Below are positions 54,890 to 64,000 of a stretch of DNA of 64,000 nt, piece by piece. The stretch is from a virus: the IMG/VR virus record IMGVR_UViG_3300021963_000067, positions 30,778 to 94,777 of that record; one strand, written 5' to 3'. Made by a program: the position numbers and the translations under genes. Each line of letters opens with the position of its first letter. Positions within the stretch are counted from its first letter, which is position 1. The notes under the pieces are model-generated. The model searched no databases. It was not told the DNA's origin and worked only from the letters and a program-made list of their open reading frames with translations.

Positions 54890-56944
54890 TTACTTTTCGT
54901 GAGCTACAAACTCACCGTTCCAGTTATCCGGTAATTTTTGTTCTTTCATAAACGCACAGCGTTCAATCCACATTTCGTAATACGTGTCCATTTGTCCGCC
55001 AAAGGTGCCTGTCATCTTAGCACAAATTGCCGCAGCCTCGTCAAACTTTTTCTGTTTGTACAAGTCGTGCATTACATCATGTGTTATCTTATCTCTAGTG
55101 TAATCTTCACCGCGAGTACGTAATGCTGTATAGATCAAATCTGCTACTGTCTTACCTTTTGGTTGTAAATTGTCCAATAGCAAGTAAAAGAAATCATCTT
55201 TAGTCCTGTTGTATGTTTCAGCGCCGATAATACATAACACACCGTATGCTTTACAACGTGCTTCTAAACGTGCGGCTGTTGAAACCATGTCGCCTAAAAT
55301 GTCATACCCGTGTCTTGCTGTACTACCCATTTCACCGATGTAGCCATCGCCGGTATTACAACCCCACCCCATTGCAGCTGGCGGTAAACCTTGTGCTTCT
55401 TTTTCTTTGGTAAAGGCAGCTACAGCATCTAACATCTTTAGACCCACTTCAACAATAGTGCGAGCATGATTAGGATCATCTAGTGGAGCACCGTGCATGT
55501 GCATACTTGCATCACCTACATACTTGATAACCATACCGTTGGCATCGATGATTGGAATAGTAATAGCATCCATATATCCGTTCATATACTGTGCCAATCC
55601 TTCTGGACCACCGTTGCCTGGCCTGTCAAAGTATTCGCCGATAGGAGTAAAGCCGCGTAAGTCTGAGAACATGACTGATACATCTTTCTTAACGCCTTTC
55701 TTGATTAAGTCTGGATTCTCCTGCAACAGTCTAACAACTTCGGGAGAGCAGTAGCCAGCAAACTGTTTCTTGATTGCCTGTTTCTGCAAGAACTCACTTA
55801 CAAACTTAACGCCATAAGCATGAAGCAGAACAAGAGTGAGGCCAACAGCAAGAGCAGTGATGTCAACGAGCCAAAGATTATTCGTATACAGATATTGAGA
55901 AACAGGATACAAAACACCAAGAGCGATAACGCCACTAGCAAGTCCAACATAAGTCCACCTCGTTAAGAAAAGTAAAGCTATGCCCAATGCTGCTAGGGCT
56001 ATGAGTTCAGCACCATCGGCCCAATCGGGTCTCTGGATAGTAATGCCGTTAACCATTGTGCCAATTACTGCGGCCTGCACGTCTTGTGGAAATACAGCGC
56101 CTTTGCTTGTAGGTAAAGGATTGGCAATGCCTGCTGCCGTTGGACCTACAATAACAATAGCGCCGTGAAAGTCTTTTGGCAGGTTCATTAGACTTGCTTG
56201 TTTATTCTCTTGACTCCAATCGATCCACACACGACCCAATGGATCTGTAGTAATAGGGCCAAACTTTGGAATACGCATTTTCTCAACACCGCCTTCGTTG
56301 AGTTTAACTTGGAAAGTAGAATCCCCAGCAGCCACACGTAGAGCTTCCATCGATATACTAGGATATAGTTTTCCGTCTACTGATACTACTAACGGCAATC
56401 TTCGATTAACACCGTCTACTTCAGGAAGTGTACTAACAATACCAATGCCTGCGGCAGCGTTTTCTAATGAAGGAATATTAGCAATTAATCCGGGATACTG
56501 TACGATTTGATCTAGATGTTCTGGCCCTAGTACCGCTGATCCAGGATTGCGAGGTTTATTTTTTGTTCGATCACTAGGAACTGATCCTAATACAACTGGA
56601 TATTGTTTTAGGGCATTTGCGAGAACAGCATCGCCACCAGTGCGATCAGACTCAGCCATGATAACATTGAGCACAACAAGGCCAGCGCCACGATCATAAA
56701 GATCTTTAATAATTTTTGCATACTCTGCCCTCGGTAAAGGCCATTGACCGTATTTGTCCAATGCTGCTTCATCTATGTTTACTGCATAGATGTTGTTAGC
56801 TGTAGGAGCTTTTTGTGTAATTAGTGTGTCAAAGTAGCGTAGTCTTACACTTTCTACAAAGACAGGATCAGCAATTCTTATACTTAAAATAAGTGCCAAT
56901 GTTAAAAGGGCAGTCCAAGGACTAGTTAGGATTTTTTTCAGCAT
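54890..56944 (-). CDS. CHASE2-domain class III adenylate/guanylate cyclase
   Basis: IDE..L..YGQWP..R (CHASE2), 3 TMs, FSDLRGFT, KYVGDA, GDMVSTAARLE. Confidence 0.93.
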   Translation of the reverse strand: MLKKILTSPWTALLTLALILSIRIADPVFVESVRLRYFDTLITQKAPTANNIYAVNIDEAALDKYGQWPLPRAEYAKIIKDLYDRGAGLVVLNVIMAESDRTGGDAVLANALKQYPVVLGSVPSDRTKNKPRNPGSAVLGPEHLDQIVQYPGLIANIPSLENAAAGIGIVSTLPEVDGVNRRLPLVVSVDGKLYPSISMEALRVAAGDSTFQVKLNEGGVEKMRIPKFGPITTDPLGRVWIDWSQENKQASLMNLPKDFHGAIVIVGPTAAGIANPLPTSKGAVFPQDVQAAVIGTMVNGITIQRPDWADGAELIALAALGIALLFLTRWTYVGLASGVIALGVLYPVSQYLYTNNLWLVDITALAVGLTLVLLHAYGVKFVSEFLQKQAIKKQFAGYCSPEVVRLLQENPDLIKKGVKKDVSVMFSDLRGFTPIGEYFDRPGNGGPEGLAQYMNGYMDAITIPIIDANGMVIKYVGDASMHMHGAPLDDPNHARTIVEVGLKMLDAVAAFTKEKEAQGLPPAAMGWGCNTGDGYIGEMGSTARHGYDILGDMVSTAARLEARCKAYGVLCIIGAETYNRTKDDFFYLLLDNLQPKGKTVADLIYTALRTRGEDYTRDKITHDVMHDLYKQKKFDEAAAICAKMTGTFGGQMDTYYEMWIERCAFMKEQKLPDNWNGEFVAHEK

Positions 56945-56961
56945 GAAATATTTATGCTGAT

Positions 56962-58356
56962 TTACTGTCCTTGATTTACTGTAATTTTAGCACATCCGCC
57001 TGCTGTAGTACAATTATGCGTAATTGAATAATAATTTTGAGTGCTGCCGCTTTGTGTTAGACTTAGATCAGTAGGTAGTCCGCTTAGATTAACTTTGGCC
57101 ATATGACCAGCACTACCTTGCTGCGTAATATCAACGTTCTTGTTGCCTCCGCTGAGTACAACTTCGGCATAATGACTGCCACTGTCTTTCTGTGTTATTA
57201 TCAAACTATTGTTGTTTCCACTAACATCGGCAAACACTGCTTTAGCACCGGCTGTGCTAGTTTGTTGTAGTGTTGCAGTATTAAAATTACCCACTACTTT
57301 TAAATCGACATAGTTTACTTCAGTGGTAGCATTACCATGTTGTGTAACGTTGATATCATTACTTAGACCATTACCGTAATAGTTTACATAATTGTTTCTA
57401 GTGCCTGTTTGTTGTACTGCAATTGTATTTTGATTGCCAATCTGTTCAATGAAAACTTTTGAGTCTGCGGTAGTTCTATTAATAAATGAAACTACTTGTG
57501 CGTGTTTTACGGCATCGGCATTAAATGGAGTTGCGCTACCCCCGCAACATAAAGGAGGAGGTCCAGTAGGAGTAGTAGAAGTAGTAGGTGCAGTTGATCC
57601 TGCGTTAGGTGCAATTGGACCAAACGACTGTCCGTTAAGCTCAGTTGTTCCTTGTATTTCATCTATAAACAACAAGGGGCTCAACGCAGTATCACCTAGA
57701 TTGAAAGTGGCAAATCCTAGCACGTATGTTCCAGTTTCAGAAACAGTAAACGTTGCCAATTGCCAACCTGTTGATCCATATGAACCTGTAGCATAGTTGC
57801 CTGTTCCTGGATTAGTGAATCCTAATAGCGCATATCGCTGTTGACTGTTGTTTAGTGTTGGTACAATACTGGCATTAGTAGAATGTGTTAGAGTCATCAT
57901 ACTACCATCGTTGTATGGTGTGTAGTCTGTTGACAAATAGTTCCATGCGAACGAATAAGTGGTGCCTGCTTGCAAAGTTATTGTTCTTTTGATCCAAGAT
58001 GCTGTTGTTGGGGTTGGATCGCCACTGCCGCCGTTTTGGCTTTGATAAGTCAAATAATTTCTAATGGCGGTGTTTTCTGATGACGTTAATCCTAGGCTAG
58101 TTGTAGCGGCGTCGAATTGTGTAGCACCCCCTGGATATAGTTGTCCCATGTAAGTTCCGTAAGGTTTGATCGTCCATGTTTTACCACCACCATAGGTAAT
58201 ATTTTGTATACCTGTGCTAATACTTACATCACCACTAGAAGATGTCCATCCTGATAAATTGCCTGTTTCAAATCCTGTTCCTTGTGCAGATAAATCTTGA
58301 CTAAGTGCAATACTGGTCGTAAAAGCGAAAAATAAAAACTGTAGTAGTCGTTTCAT
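56962..58356 (-). CDS. Secreted protein with beta-sandwich N-domain and C-terminal curlin-like repeats
   Basis: Signal peptide; GFETGNLSGW; IEQIGNQN, TQHGN, TQQGS repeats. Confidence 0.75.
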   Translation of the reverse strand: MKRLLQFLFFAFTTSIALSQDLSAQGTGFETGNLSGWTSSSGDVSISTGIQNITYGGGKTWTIKPYGTYMGQLYPGGATQFDAATTSLGLTSSENTAIRNYLTYQSQNGGSGDPTPTTASWIKRTITLQAGTTYSFAWNYLSTDYTPYNDGSMMTLTHSTNASIVPTLNNSQQRYALLGFTNPGTGNYATGSYGSTGWQLATFTVSETGTYVLGFATFNLGDTALSPLLFIDEIQGTTELNGQSFGPIAPNAGSTAPTTSTTPTGPPPLCCGGSATPFNADAVKHAQVVSFINRTTADSKVFIEQIGNQNTIAVQQTGTRNNYVNYYGNGLSNDINVTQHGNATTEVNYVDLKVVGNFNTATLQQTSTAGAKAVFADVSGNNNSLIITQKDSGSHYAEVVLSGGNKNVDITQQGSAGHMAKVNLSGLPTDLSLTQSGSTQNYYSITHNCTTAGGCAKITVNQGQ

Positions 58357-59447
58357 GGTCTTCTTAACACCCCTGTCTTTTGCACGATGTTTACTACATT
58401 ACCACCCGGATCGCCACTACCTACTATGGTAAACGCATATTGATCGTTGTGGCTAATCGCAACAAATGTATTTGAATCGTAGCCTGTAGTTTTAACTTCC
58501 GCATAGTGATCTATGTTGCTACGATAGGCTGTACCTTTACCCTTACTTTGAATATCAGCATTATCATTTTTCTCCCAGGCTACGCAAACACTAGTACTCG
58601 AATTGCATCCTTTCTTACCATCGGAAAATGTATCAGGTAGTAATGTTGCTGCTGGTTGTTCTTTGGCTTTTTCAATTCTCTGTGCCATTTGGCGTTGCGC
58701 ATCAGCTTCCATTTCTTCCATTTCTTGATCACGTTTTGATTTACCCGCTTCTTTGATAGCGTTGACAATTTCAAGAGGTTTAACAATAATAAGATTATTG
58801 CCAATTTTACTCTCAACGGTATTAACAATAACTGGAGGAGTTGGTATTATCGAACTACTCATTACATAGGTTGCTTCGAATGCCTTATCTAGAATTACGG
58901 TACCTGCATCATTGCTGACAATAATCTTGCCTACCTTACAACGATTTTCTTCAAGCTCGTAGGTCTTTACATCTTTCTCATCTTTACAACTAGGAACTAG
59001 CATAACAAGACTTTGTCCCGCTTCATCTACAGTCATGGTGAAATCAGTACCACGTACAGCCACTGTGGCCGTAGGAGTTTTGATGTTTACCTGTTGCGGA
59101 TTATTTTTAGCAATTTGTCCGCTAGCATATCGGACAGTGCCCATCCCCACTTTGAGCGCAAGTTTGCCTGCATCTGACTTCTTAGGATCGAATACAAAAT
59201 CGTCAATAAGCAATCTGCTGTTTTCTGTAATCTTAACTTTAGTATCATCTTTAAAAGTTATATTACTTGAACATGCGCCGGTAACATAGGTATCCATGCT
59301 TTCAATATCGGCACCCTTGGCCCCGGACATTTTCTTTTTGTTGCGCTCAACTTCACAGGCAGTGCCTTTGGTTTCTGAGACCGTGCCAATGCCAGCCCAA
59401 GAAGGGCTGGCAACTGTTAGCAGTAGGGCTAACAATAAGACACGCAT
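58353..59447 (-). CDS. FecR-domain periplasmic protein
   Basis: ITFKDDT.V.ITENS.L.IDDFVFDP, IKTPTATVAVRGTDF. Confidence 0.88.
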   Translation of the reverse strand: MRVLLLALLLTVASPSWAGIGTVSETKGTACEVERNKKKMSGAKGADIESMDTYVTGACSSNITFKDDTKVKITENSRLLIDDFVFDPKKSDAGKLALKVGMGTVRYASGQIAKNNPQQVNIKTPTATVAVRGTDFTMTVDEAGQSLVMLVPSCKDEKDVKTYELEENRCKVGKIIVSNDAGTVILDKAFEATYVMSSSIIPTPPVIVNTVESKIGNNLIIVKPLEIVNAIKEAGKSKRDQEMEEMEADAQRQMAQRIEKAKEQPAATLLPDTFSDGKKGCNSSTSVCVAWEKNDNADIQSKGKGTAYRSNIDHYAEVKTTGYDSNTFVAISHNDQYAFTIVGSGDPGGNVVNIVQKTGVLRRP

Positions 59448-59449
59448 AA

Positions 59450-60265
59450 TTATCTCGCAATCGCTGTAGCAGGTGATACAATAGTTGAACTACTTGTACG
59501 AACTGTGATAGTGTTGTTGCTACCTTGTGTTTGGATATTAACTGTAGTATCGTTAGTACCCTGTTGCTGTGTAGTAATGCTGTTGTAATCGCCTGATGTA
59601 TTCATAGCAAGAACGTGGCCGTTAGCACCGGCTGCATCTGTTTGTTGGATATTGAATACGTTAGCATTACCTAAAACAGTATTGGTTACAGTTCCTCGGC
59701 TACTTAGCAAACTGCTAGTAACTTGGTTATTGTCGCCATCTAATGATGTAGTAGTATTGATATTGCTACCGACCAAATCTTGAATGATCATATTATTGTT
59801 TCCAATAATTTGTTCGGTGATAACATTAAGATTATTGGTTGCATTGTTAGCATTACCAACAGTCAATCTAGTTTGGTTATTGTTTCCTAACATATTAGTA
59901 GTATATTGGTTATTTGTACCTCTAATATTATATTGACTACTATTAGCATTACCAGTTTGAGTAATATTCACAGTGTTTGTACTACCAGTGATAGTACCGT
60001 AGTTTGTAGCACTGGGTGCATCCGGCGTAAGTGTGGTAATACCAGTGCCGGCAACTGCTGTTGCTACGGTAGTTGTAACGCCACCAACGTTGTTGGTTCC
60101 ACCAACCTGTTCGATAGTAATAGTATTGCTACTACCGACCTGCTCGATATAGACCTTATTAGGTCCAGTAGCGGCTTGTGCCCAAATTGTACTAGAGCCA
60201 ACAACCATTGCTACTGCGAGTAATTTTCTCGACAACTCGCCAACGCCTGTCTTTCTATATTTCAT
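59450..60265 (-). CDS. Curlin-like repeat protein
   Basis: IEQVGSSN, IEQVGGTN, TQTGNAN, QQQGTND; Asn/Gln/Thr-rich. Confidence 0.8.
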   Translation of the reverse strand: MKYRKTGVGELSRKLLAVAMVVGSSTIWAQAATGPNKVYIEQVGSSNTITIEQVGGTNNVGGVTTTVATAVAGTGITTLTPDAPSATNYGTITGSTNTVNITQTGNANSSQYNIRGTNNQYTTNMLGNNNQTRLTVGNANNATNNLNVITEQIIGNNNMIIQDLVGSNINTTTSLDGDNNQVTSSLLSSRGTVTNTVLGNANVFNIQQTDAAGANGHVLAMNTSGDYNSITTQQQGTNDTTVNIQTQGSNNTITVRTSSSTIVSPATAIAR

Positions 60266-60409
60266 TTTTCTTTAATGTCGGTTTATTATTCGCCGACAAG
60301 TTCCTTGGTCTTTGACCTGTAATTATACTGTTTCTCGTATCTACTCCTCTCTGTAGATGTATTTCATATAAATTTATTTAATTGCTACTGTCTATAAATT
60401 AAATGCCGC

Positions 60410-60457
60410 TGTTAAAATTTCAACATGTAAATTTTTCAACATGTAAAAATATCAACA
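60410..60457. repeat. Three tandem 16-bp TGT-N10-ACA units
   Basis: TGTTAAAATTTCAACA, TGTAAATTTTTCAACA, TGTAAAAATATCAACA. Confidence 0.75.
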
Positions 60458-60458
60458 C

Positions 60459-61730
60459 TTATGGTTTAATTGGACTTAACTTGTCAACAAGAACAAATCC
60501 TTTCTTACCATCTCGAGTCTGTACTTTAACCCAATTATTATCAACTTCAATTATCTTTACTTCTGTACCCTTCAAAAATAACCATTGCTTTGTGCTATCT
60601 TCGGTGGCCTTAACTCTAACATAAAACGGCTCTTTAAAAAATTTCACATCGCCTATTTTATATTCTTCTGTTGGCTTTGCTGGGTTTTCTGCTGTTGGCG
60701 CTGCTGCTGGCGCTGGCGGAACAACTGCTGTAGTAGGCTTGACATCATTTTTAGGTTCCTCCTTCTTTACTTCTTGTTTGACTTCTGGTGCGGGCTCAGG
60801 AGCTTTGCTTGCTCTAGGGCTTTCTGTGTTGCTGGGCTGTAATGGTGCGGGTGCAACTTCTGGGGCTCTTTGGGCCGGGGCTTGTGATTGAACCAACTCA
60901 TTTCTTTCCTCCTTGAAACTCCAGTGTCCTTTGCGGGCGCCTTCATTAATGGTTTGAATTACCGCAGCCTGCACAGCTACATCGATGGCACGGTTGATAC
61001 TTTCATTGATACTTCCACCGACTTCACCTTCTAGTGCATTTGCTCCAGCACCGAACTGTGTACCGTCATCAACAAATCTCAATAATGTCATCTTGTCCAT
61101 GTAGCTTAGGACTGTTTTAGTTATTGTAACTGTGGTCAAGATTTCGCCTGTACTTACAGAAACTGTACGCAAGGTAATGGTTACAGTATCACTTTGATAT
61201 TGTGTGCTTGCACCGATGCCAAAAATTCTTATACCACTACCACCAGTTAGTGTATTGCTATCATAGCCAACAATACCGCCTTCCATGATAATACCAGCGA
61301 ACATCATTGGGGGCAACATTTTGGCATCGCGGCCTTGATACTGCTCACGCATCTGACGAATCATCTGACGTTCTTTAATTAGGTTTTCTAGGCCTACACG
61401 TTCTAGCACTGTGAACCAACGAGCTTCGCCTACATCTTGTAGGGCTTTGATCAAATAGTTTTCAGCACCCTGTGTAACTGCTGAACTTAGTGAAGCAATT
61501 AGGGGTTGGCTTTTTCGCTGTCCAGTTAAATCACGGAAACCGTAAACAGCAACAGGTAAAGGGCCGCCTTGCGGTGGACGTAGTTTATTCTGATCCTTTT
61601 TTAGGAACTTGCTGGCTTCGACTTTAGGCTCGTCAAATTGATTGCCTGTTATTTTTTCTCTTAGTGCTGAACTACTAGCACAGCCAGATAAGACCGCTAT
61701 TACTGCTAGGGATATTATTGTCTGTTTCAT
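60459..61730 (-). CDS. csgG: Curli secretion channel CsgG with Pro-rich linker and C-terminal SH3-like domain
   Basis: Lipobox LSGC; VAVYGFRDLTGQRK, SSAVTQGA, WFTVLERVGLENLIKERQMIR, EGGIVGYDSN. Confidence 0.92.
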   Translation of the reverse strand: MKQTIISLAVIAVLSGCASSSALREKITGNQFDEPKVEASKFLKKDQNKLRPPQGGPLPVAVYGFRDLTGQRKSQPLIASLSSAVTQGAENYLIKALQDVGEARWFTVLERVGLENLIKERQMIRQMREQYQGRDAKMLPPMMFAGIIMEGGIVGYDSNTLTGGSGIRIFGIGASTQYQSDTVTITLRTVSVSTGEILTTVTITKTVLSYMDKMTLLRFVDDGTQFGAGANALEGEVGGSINESINRAIDVAVQAAVIQTINEGARKGHWSFKEERNELVQSQAPAQRAPEVAPAPLQPSNTESPRASKAPEPAPEVKQEVKKEEPKNDVKPTTAVVPPAPAAAPTAENPAKPTEEYKIGDVKFFKEPFYVRVKATEDSTKQWLFLKGTEVKIIEVDNNWVKVQTRDGKKGFVLVDKLSPIKP

Positions 61731-61732
61731 AA

Positions 61733-62215
61733 TTATCCGCCAAATCCAAACGTACCACTTGGTACAATCATTTCTGTATACTGTCTCGGGTCAAGTACGT
61801 TTTCAATTCTAACAACAATATTAGTACCAACTACTTTCCAAGTTATATTATTTCCAGCAACTTCCATTTGGCCACAATTTCCAGCACTATTCACGGTGCA
61901 TACAGGAACACCGTTAACGCCAAATAAACTATCTGTAATCTGCTTGGCTAACTGTGAATAGATACGGCTTTCTAAGTTTGCTTGAAACTTAGCTTGAGGA
62001 GTGTTTAATGCATCGCTCTCTGCTTTTGCTTTTAAGGCGTCTGCCGCAGCCTTGTTTTTGTCTTTAGCTTGTGTTTCTAATTGATAAAGTGTTAAGACGT
62101 GTGAACTGTAGCCGATACCTGAAAAGGACGGACTACTAAAACTATGTTGTAATTCTGCACCACTGGCAGTCAACGCTATTGTTGCCAATAAGGTGGCTGT
62201 TATATACTTAACCAT
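61733..62215 (-). CDS. csgF: Curli assembly protein CsgF-like
   Basis: Signal peptide, ELQHSFSSPSFSG, F..NLESRIYSQL; adjacent to csgG. Confidence 0.8.
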   Translation of the reverse strand: MVKYITATLLATIALTASGAELQHSFSSPSFSGIGYSSHVLTLYQLETQAKDKNKAAADALKAKAESDALNTPQAKFQANLESRIYSQLAKQITDSLFGVNGVPVCTVNSAGNCGQMEVAGNNITWKVVGTNIVVRIENVLDPRQYTEMIVPSGTFGFGG

Positions 62216-62282
62216 CGATTCGCTCCCGGTTATACATGTTATATGTATTTAGAGAGAATTTGCTCTAGATTAAAACAACAGT

Positions 62283-63716
62283 TTACGTAGTGGGAAGGCT
62301 GAAACTAAACTTACCTTTACTTCCAGTACCACTATAGCCGTTAGATTCTATTTTGGCTTTTTCTTTGAAGTTAGGCGGATAGACAATATTGACAGATTTT
62401 AAAACTGCATCTTGACCTTTAGCAGAAACTATGCTTTTAGCCTGTACCATGGCAGAACTATTAAGGAAACTACGAATAGCTTCACCAAAATCTATCTTGG
62501 TATCTGAATTAATGTGTCTTGCTACTAGATGCGCAGTTTGAGCCAAACACAAAAAGCTAATATAGCTTCCAGATTTGTATCCACCTAGTTTAAACAATCT
62601 CATTAATGCAGGCGGAACCTTGGACAAATCATTAGGCAACGGATTTTTAACTACAGCATTAGGACTAGCAGGATCGCCCATAAGTTGATACTTAGGATCT
62701 CTAGGTTGTTGTATTACTTCTCGAAGAGCGTTGGCTTCGTCAGCATTTATCAGTTTGTATTTTTCAGCTAATATAATAGGCTGATCCAAACCAGATTCGA
62801 CTTTACAAATGTCTAGAATGTTAACAGCTTCTGGATACATTTTGATGTATTTCTGACCGGTTGTGTTCTGAGATGCTTCTTCTTTGGCCTTCCATATATT
62901 TGTAATAGTGGCCTTAGCGCCTTGTTTACCTTTTGAGCTTACGCCTAAGGATATACCATTCTTAATAATATAACTGTCAACCAACGGATTATTTTGGTCT
63001 ACTGGAAAACTAATACTTGCTCCAGACAGATCGCCGCCTTTAAAAACGTCTGCGATAGCCTGTGTAAGTTGGCCTGTTATCTGTTGATGTCCTGCTATCA
63101 TAGCTACAGGAGCAAGTGTTTCGCAGAAGTCATCTTGTAATGCACTAACTATCGCCCCGCCGCCGAGAAATTGAATTGGCTCACCCGTAGATGCTTGATT
63201 AAGAGATTGTGTTAGCATAGTGCCTTGTGGATGAGTGCTCACCGCTTTCACAATAGATGGAACAGTTCTAGCTCTCCCGTCAGCAATCTTAAGCTGTCCA
63301 GGCTTTAGAGCTGTTTCTGTTTTAATAGTAGAGCTTTTCTTTTTGTCTTTTCCGCCTGCACTAAGTCCCAATACTGCTGTTACTTCACCGTCTGTAATGG
63401 TATTATTTGGATTTTTTGATCGATAAAATTTACCAATGATAAGTTCTTTGCCGTCGTCTGTAGCGAATACTGCAAAGGCAAAACTTTTAGATCCTGTTGG
63501 AGAATTTATCCAAGCAATCTTATTTTTATCCCCCCCAGCCGCATCTAAAACACCTTGTTCTAAACTTTGTTGGTCTGGGTATTTGTCTGCATCAACAGGA
63601 AACTGCCAGTTCCAACTTTGGAACTTAAACTCATTTCCATCGGAATCTACGTAAGTTTCGCCGGGACGTGCCGCACGAAGACCGCTAGCTTCTAAAATTA
63701 GTTCAAAAAATCTCAT
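62283..63716 (-). CDS. Hypothetical protein
   Basis: 477-aa ORF after TAAATA; NPLVDSY...VSSKG may be a PD-(D/E)xK-like motif. Confidence 0.7.
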   Translation of the reverse strand: MRFFELILEASGLRAARPGETYVDSDGNEFKFQSWNWQFPVDADKYPDQQSLEQGVLDAAGGDKNKIAWINSPTGSKSFAFAVFATDDGKELIIGKFYRSKNPNNTITDGEVTAVLGLSAGGKDKKKSSTIKTETALKPGQLKIADGRARTVPSIVKAVSTHPQGTMLTQSLNQASTGEPIQFLGGGAIVSALQDDFCETLAPVAMIAGHQQITGQLTQAIADVFKGGDLSGASISFPVDQNNPLVDSYIIKNGISLGVSSKGKQGAKATITNIWKAKEEASQNTTGQKYIKMYPEAVNILDICKVESGLDQPIILAEKYKLINADEANALREVIQQPRDPKYQLMGDPASPNAVVKNPLPNDLSKVPPALMRLFKLGGYKSGSYISFLCLAQTAHLVARHINSDTKIDFGEAIRSFLNSSAMVQAKSIVSAKGQDAVLKSVNIVYPPNFKEKAKIESNGYSGTGSKGKFSFSLPTT

Positions 63717-63724
63717 ACTAATAT

Positions 63725-64000
63725 TTAGCTGATTTCAGGAAACAGGCATTCTTGGATAAAAATCCTAACATCCTCTTCGCTTAGACCCAAACTAACCATT
63801 ACTTTAGGTGTGTGCGGATTTTGTTTCTGATTTTGTGCATAGTAATTCTGATTATATGTAGTATCTTCCGCGGTATTATTAGTTTCACCTACTGTGCTTA
63901 GATAGTGTTCTACACCGTTTCTAGCCATAGCAACAATTTGTTCTAGTTCTTGCTCATCGCTGACATTGGCTGCGGCCACCATACTCTTACTGAAAATACG
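63725..64000 (-). CDS. Ferredoxin-dependent bilin reductase (PcyA/PcyX-like), C-terminal part
   Basis: IFSKSMVAAAN, QNYY.QNQKQNPHT.KVM.SLG, FI.E.LFP. Confidence 0.8.
   Translation of the reverse strand, partial: RIFSKSMVAAANVSDEQELEQIVAMARNGVEHYLSTVGETNNTAEDTTYNQNYYAQNQKQNPHTPKVMVSLGLSEEDVRIFIQECLFPEIS

Overview
A 64-kb piece of a large (jumbo-type) dsDNA tailed phage genome, AT-rich and in the standard genetic code. The host is probably a proteobacterium; two Bug/TctC binding proteins hint at Burkholderiales (inference). Layout: (i) thyX, a histone-H1-like gene and an aberrant Leu-like tRNA (0.2-2.7 kb). (ii) A ~31-kb island of tailoring enzymes (radical SAM, many 2OG-Fe(II)/cupin oxygenases, PP-loop ATPases, ATP-grasp, Rieske, desaturases, heme-oxygenase-like protein, SDRs, sulfotransferase, APS kinase, PLP enzyme) around one tail-fibre-like gene. 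(iii) A minus-strand array of 27 CCA-ending tRNAs covering all 20 amino acids, interleaved with rpoZ, a SutA-like gene, an HNH endonuclease and several unexplained structured RNAs. (iv) A block of small genes including a tandem paralog family. (v) A csgF-csgG-curlin-FecR-curlin-CHASE2 cyclase cluster and a partial bilin reductase. Best novel candidate: a 48-codon leader ORF not in the ORF track (44995-45141). It uses all 20 amino acids and 38 different codons, and overlaps an antiterminator/terminator pair at the head of the tRNA array, so it looks like a ribosome-stalling attenuator that senses loss of any tRNA. All calls are by eye from sequence motifs; no searches were run.
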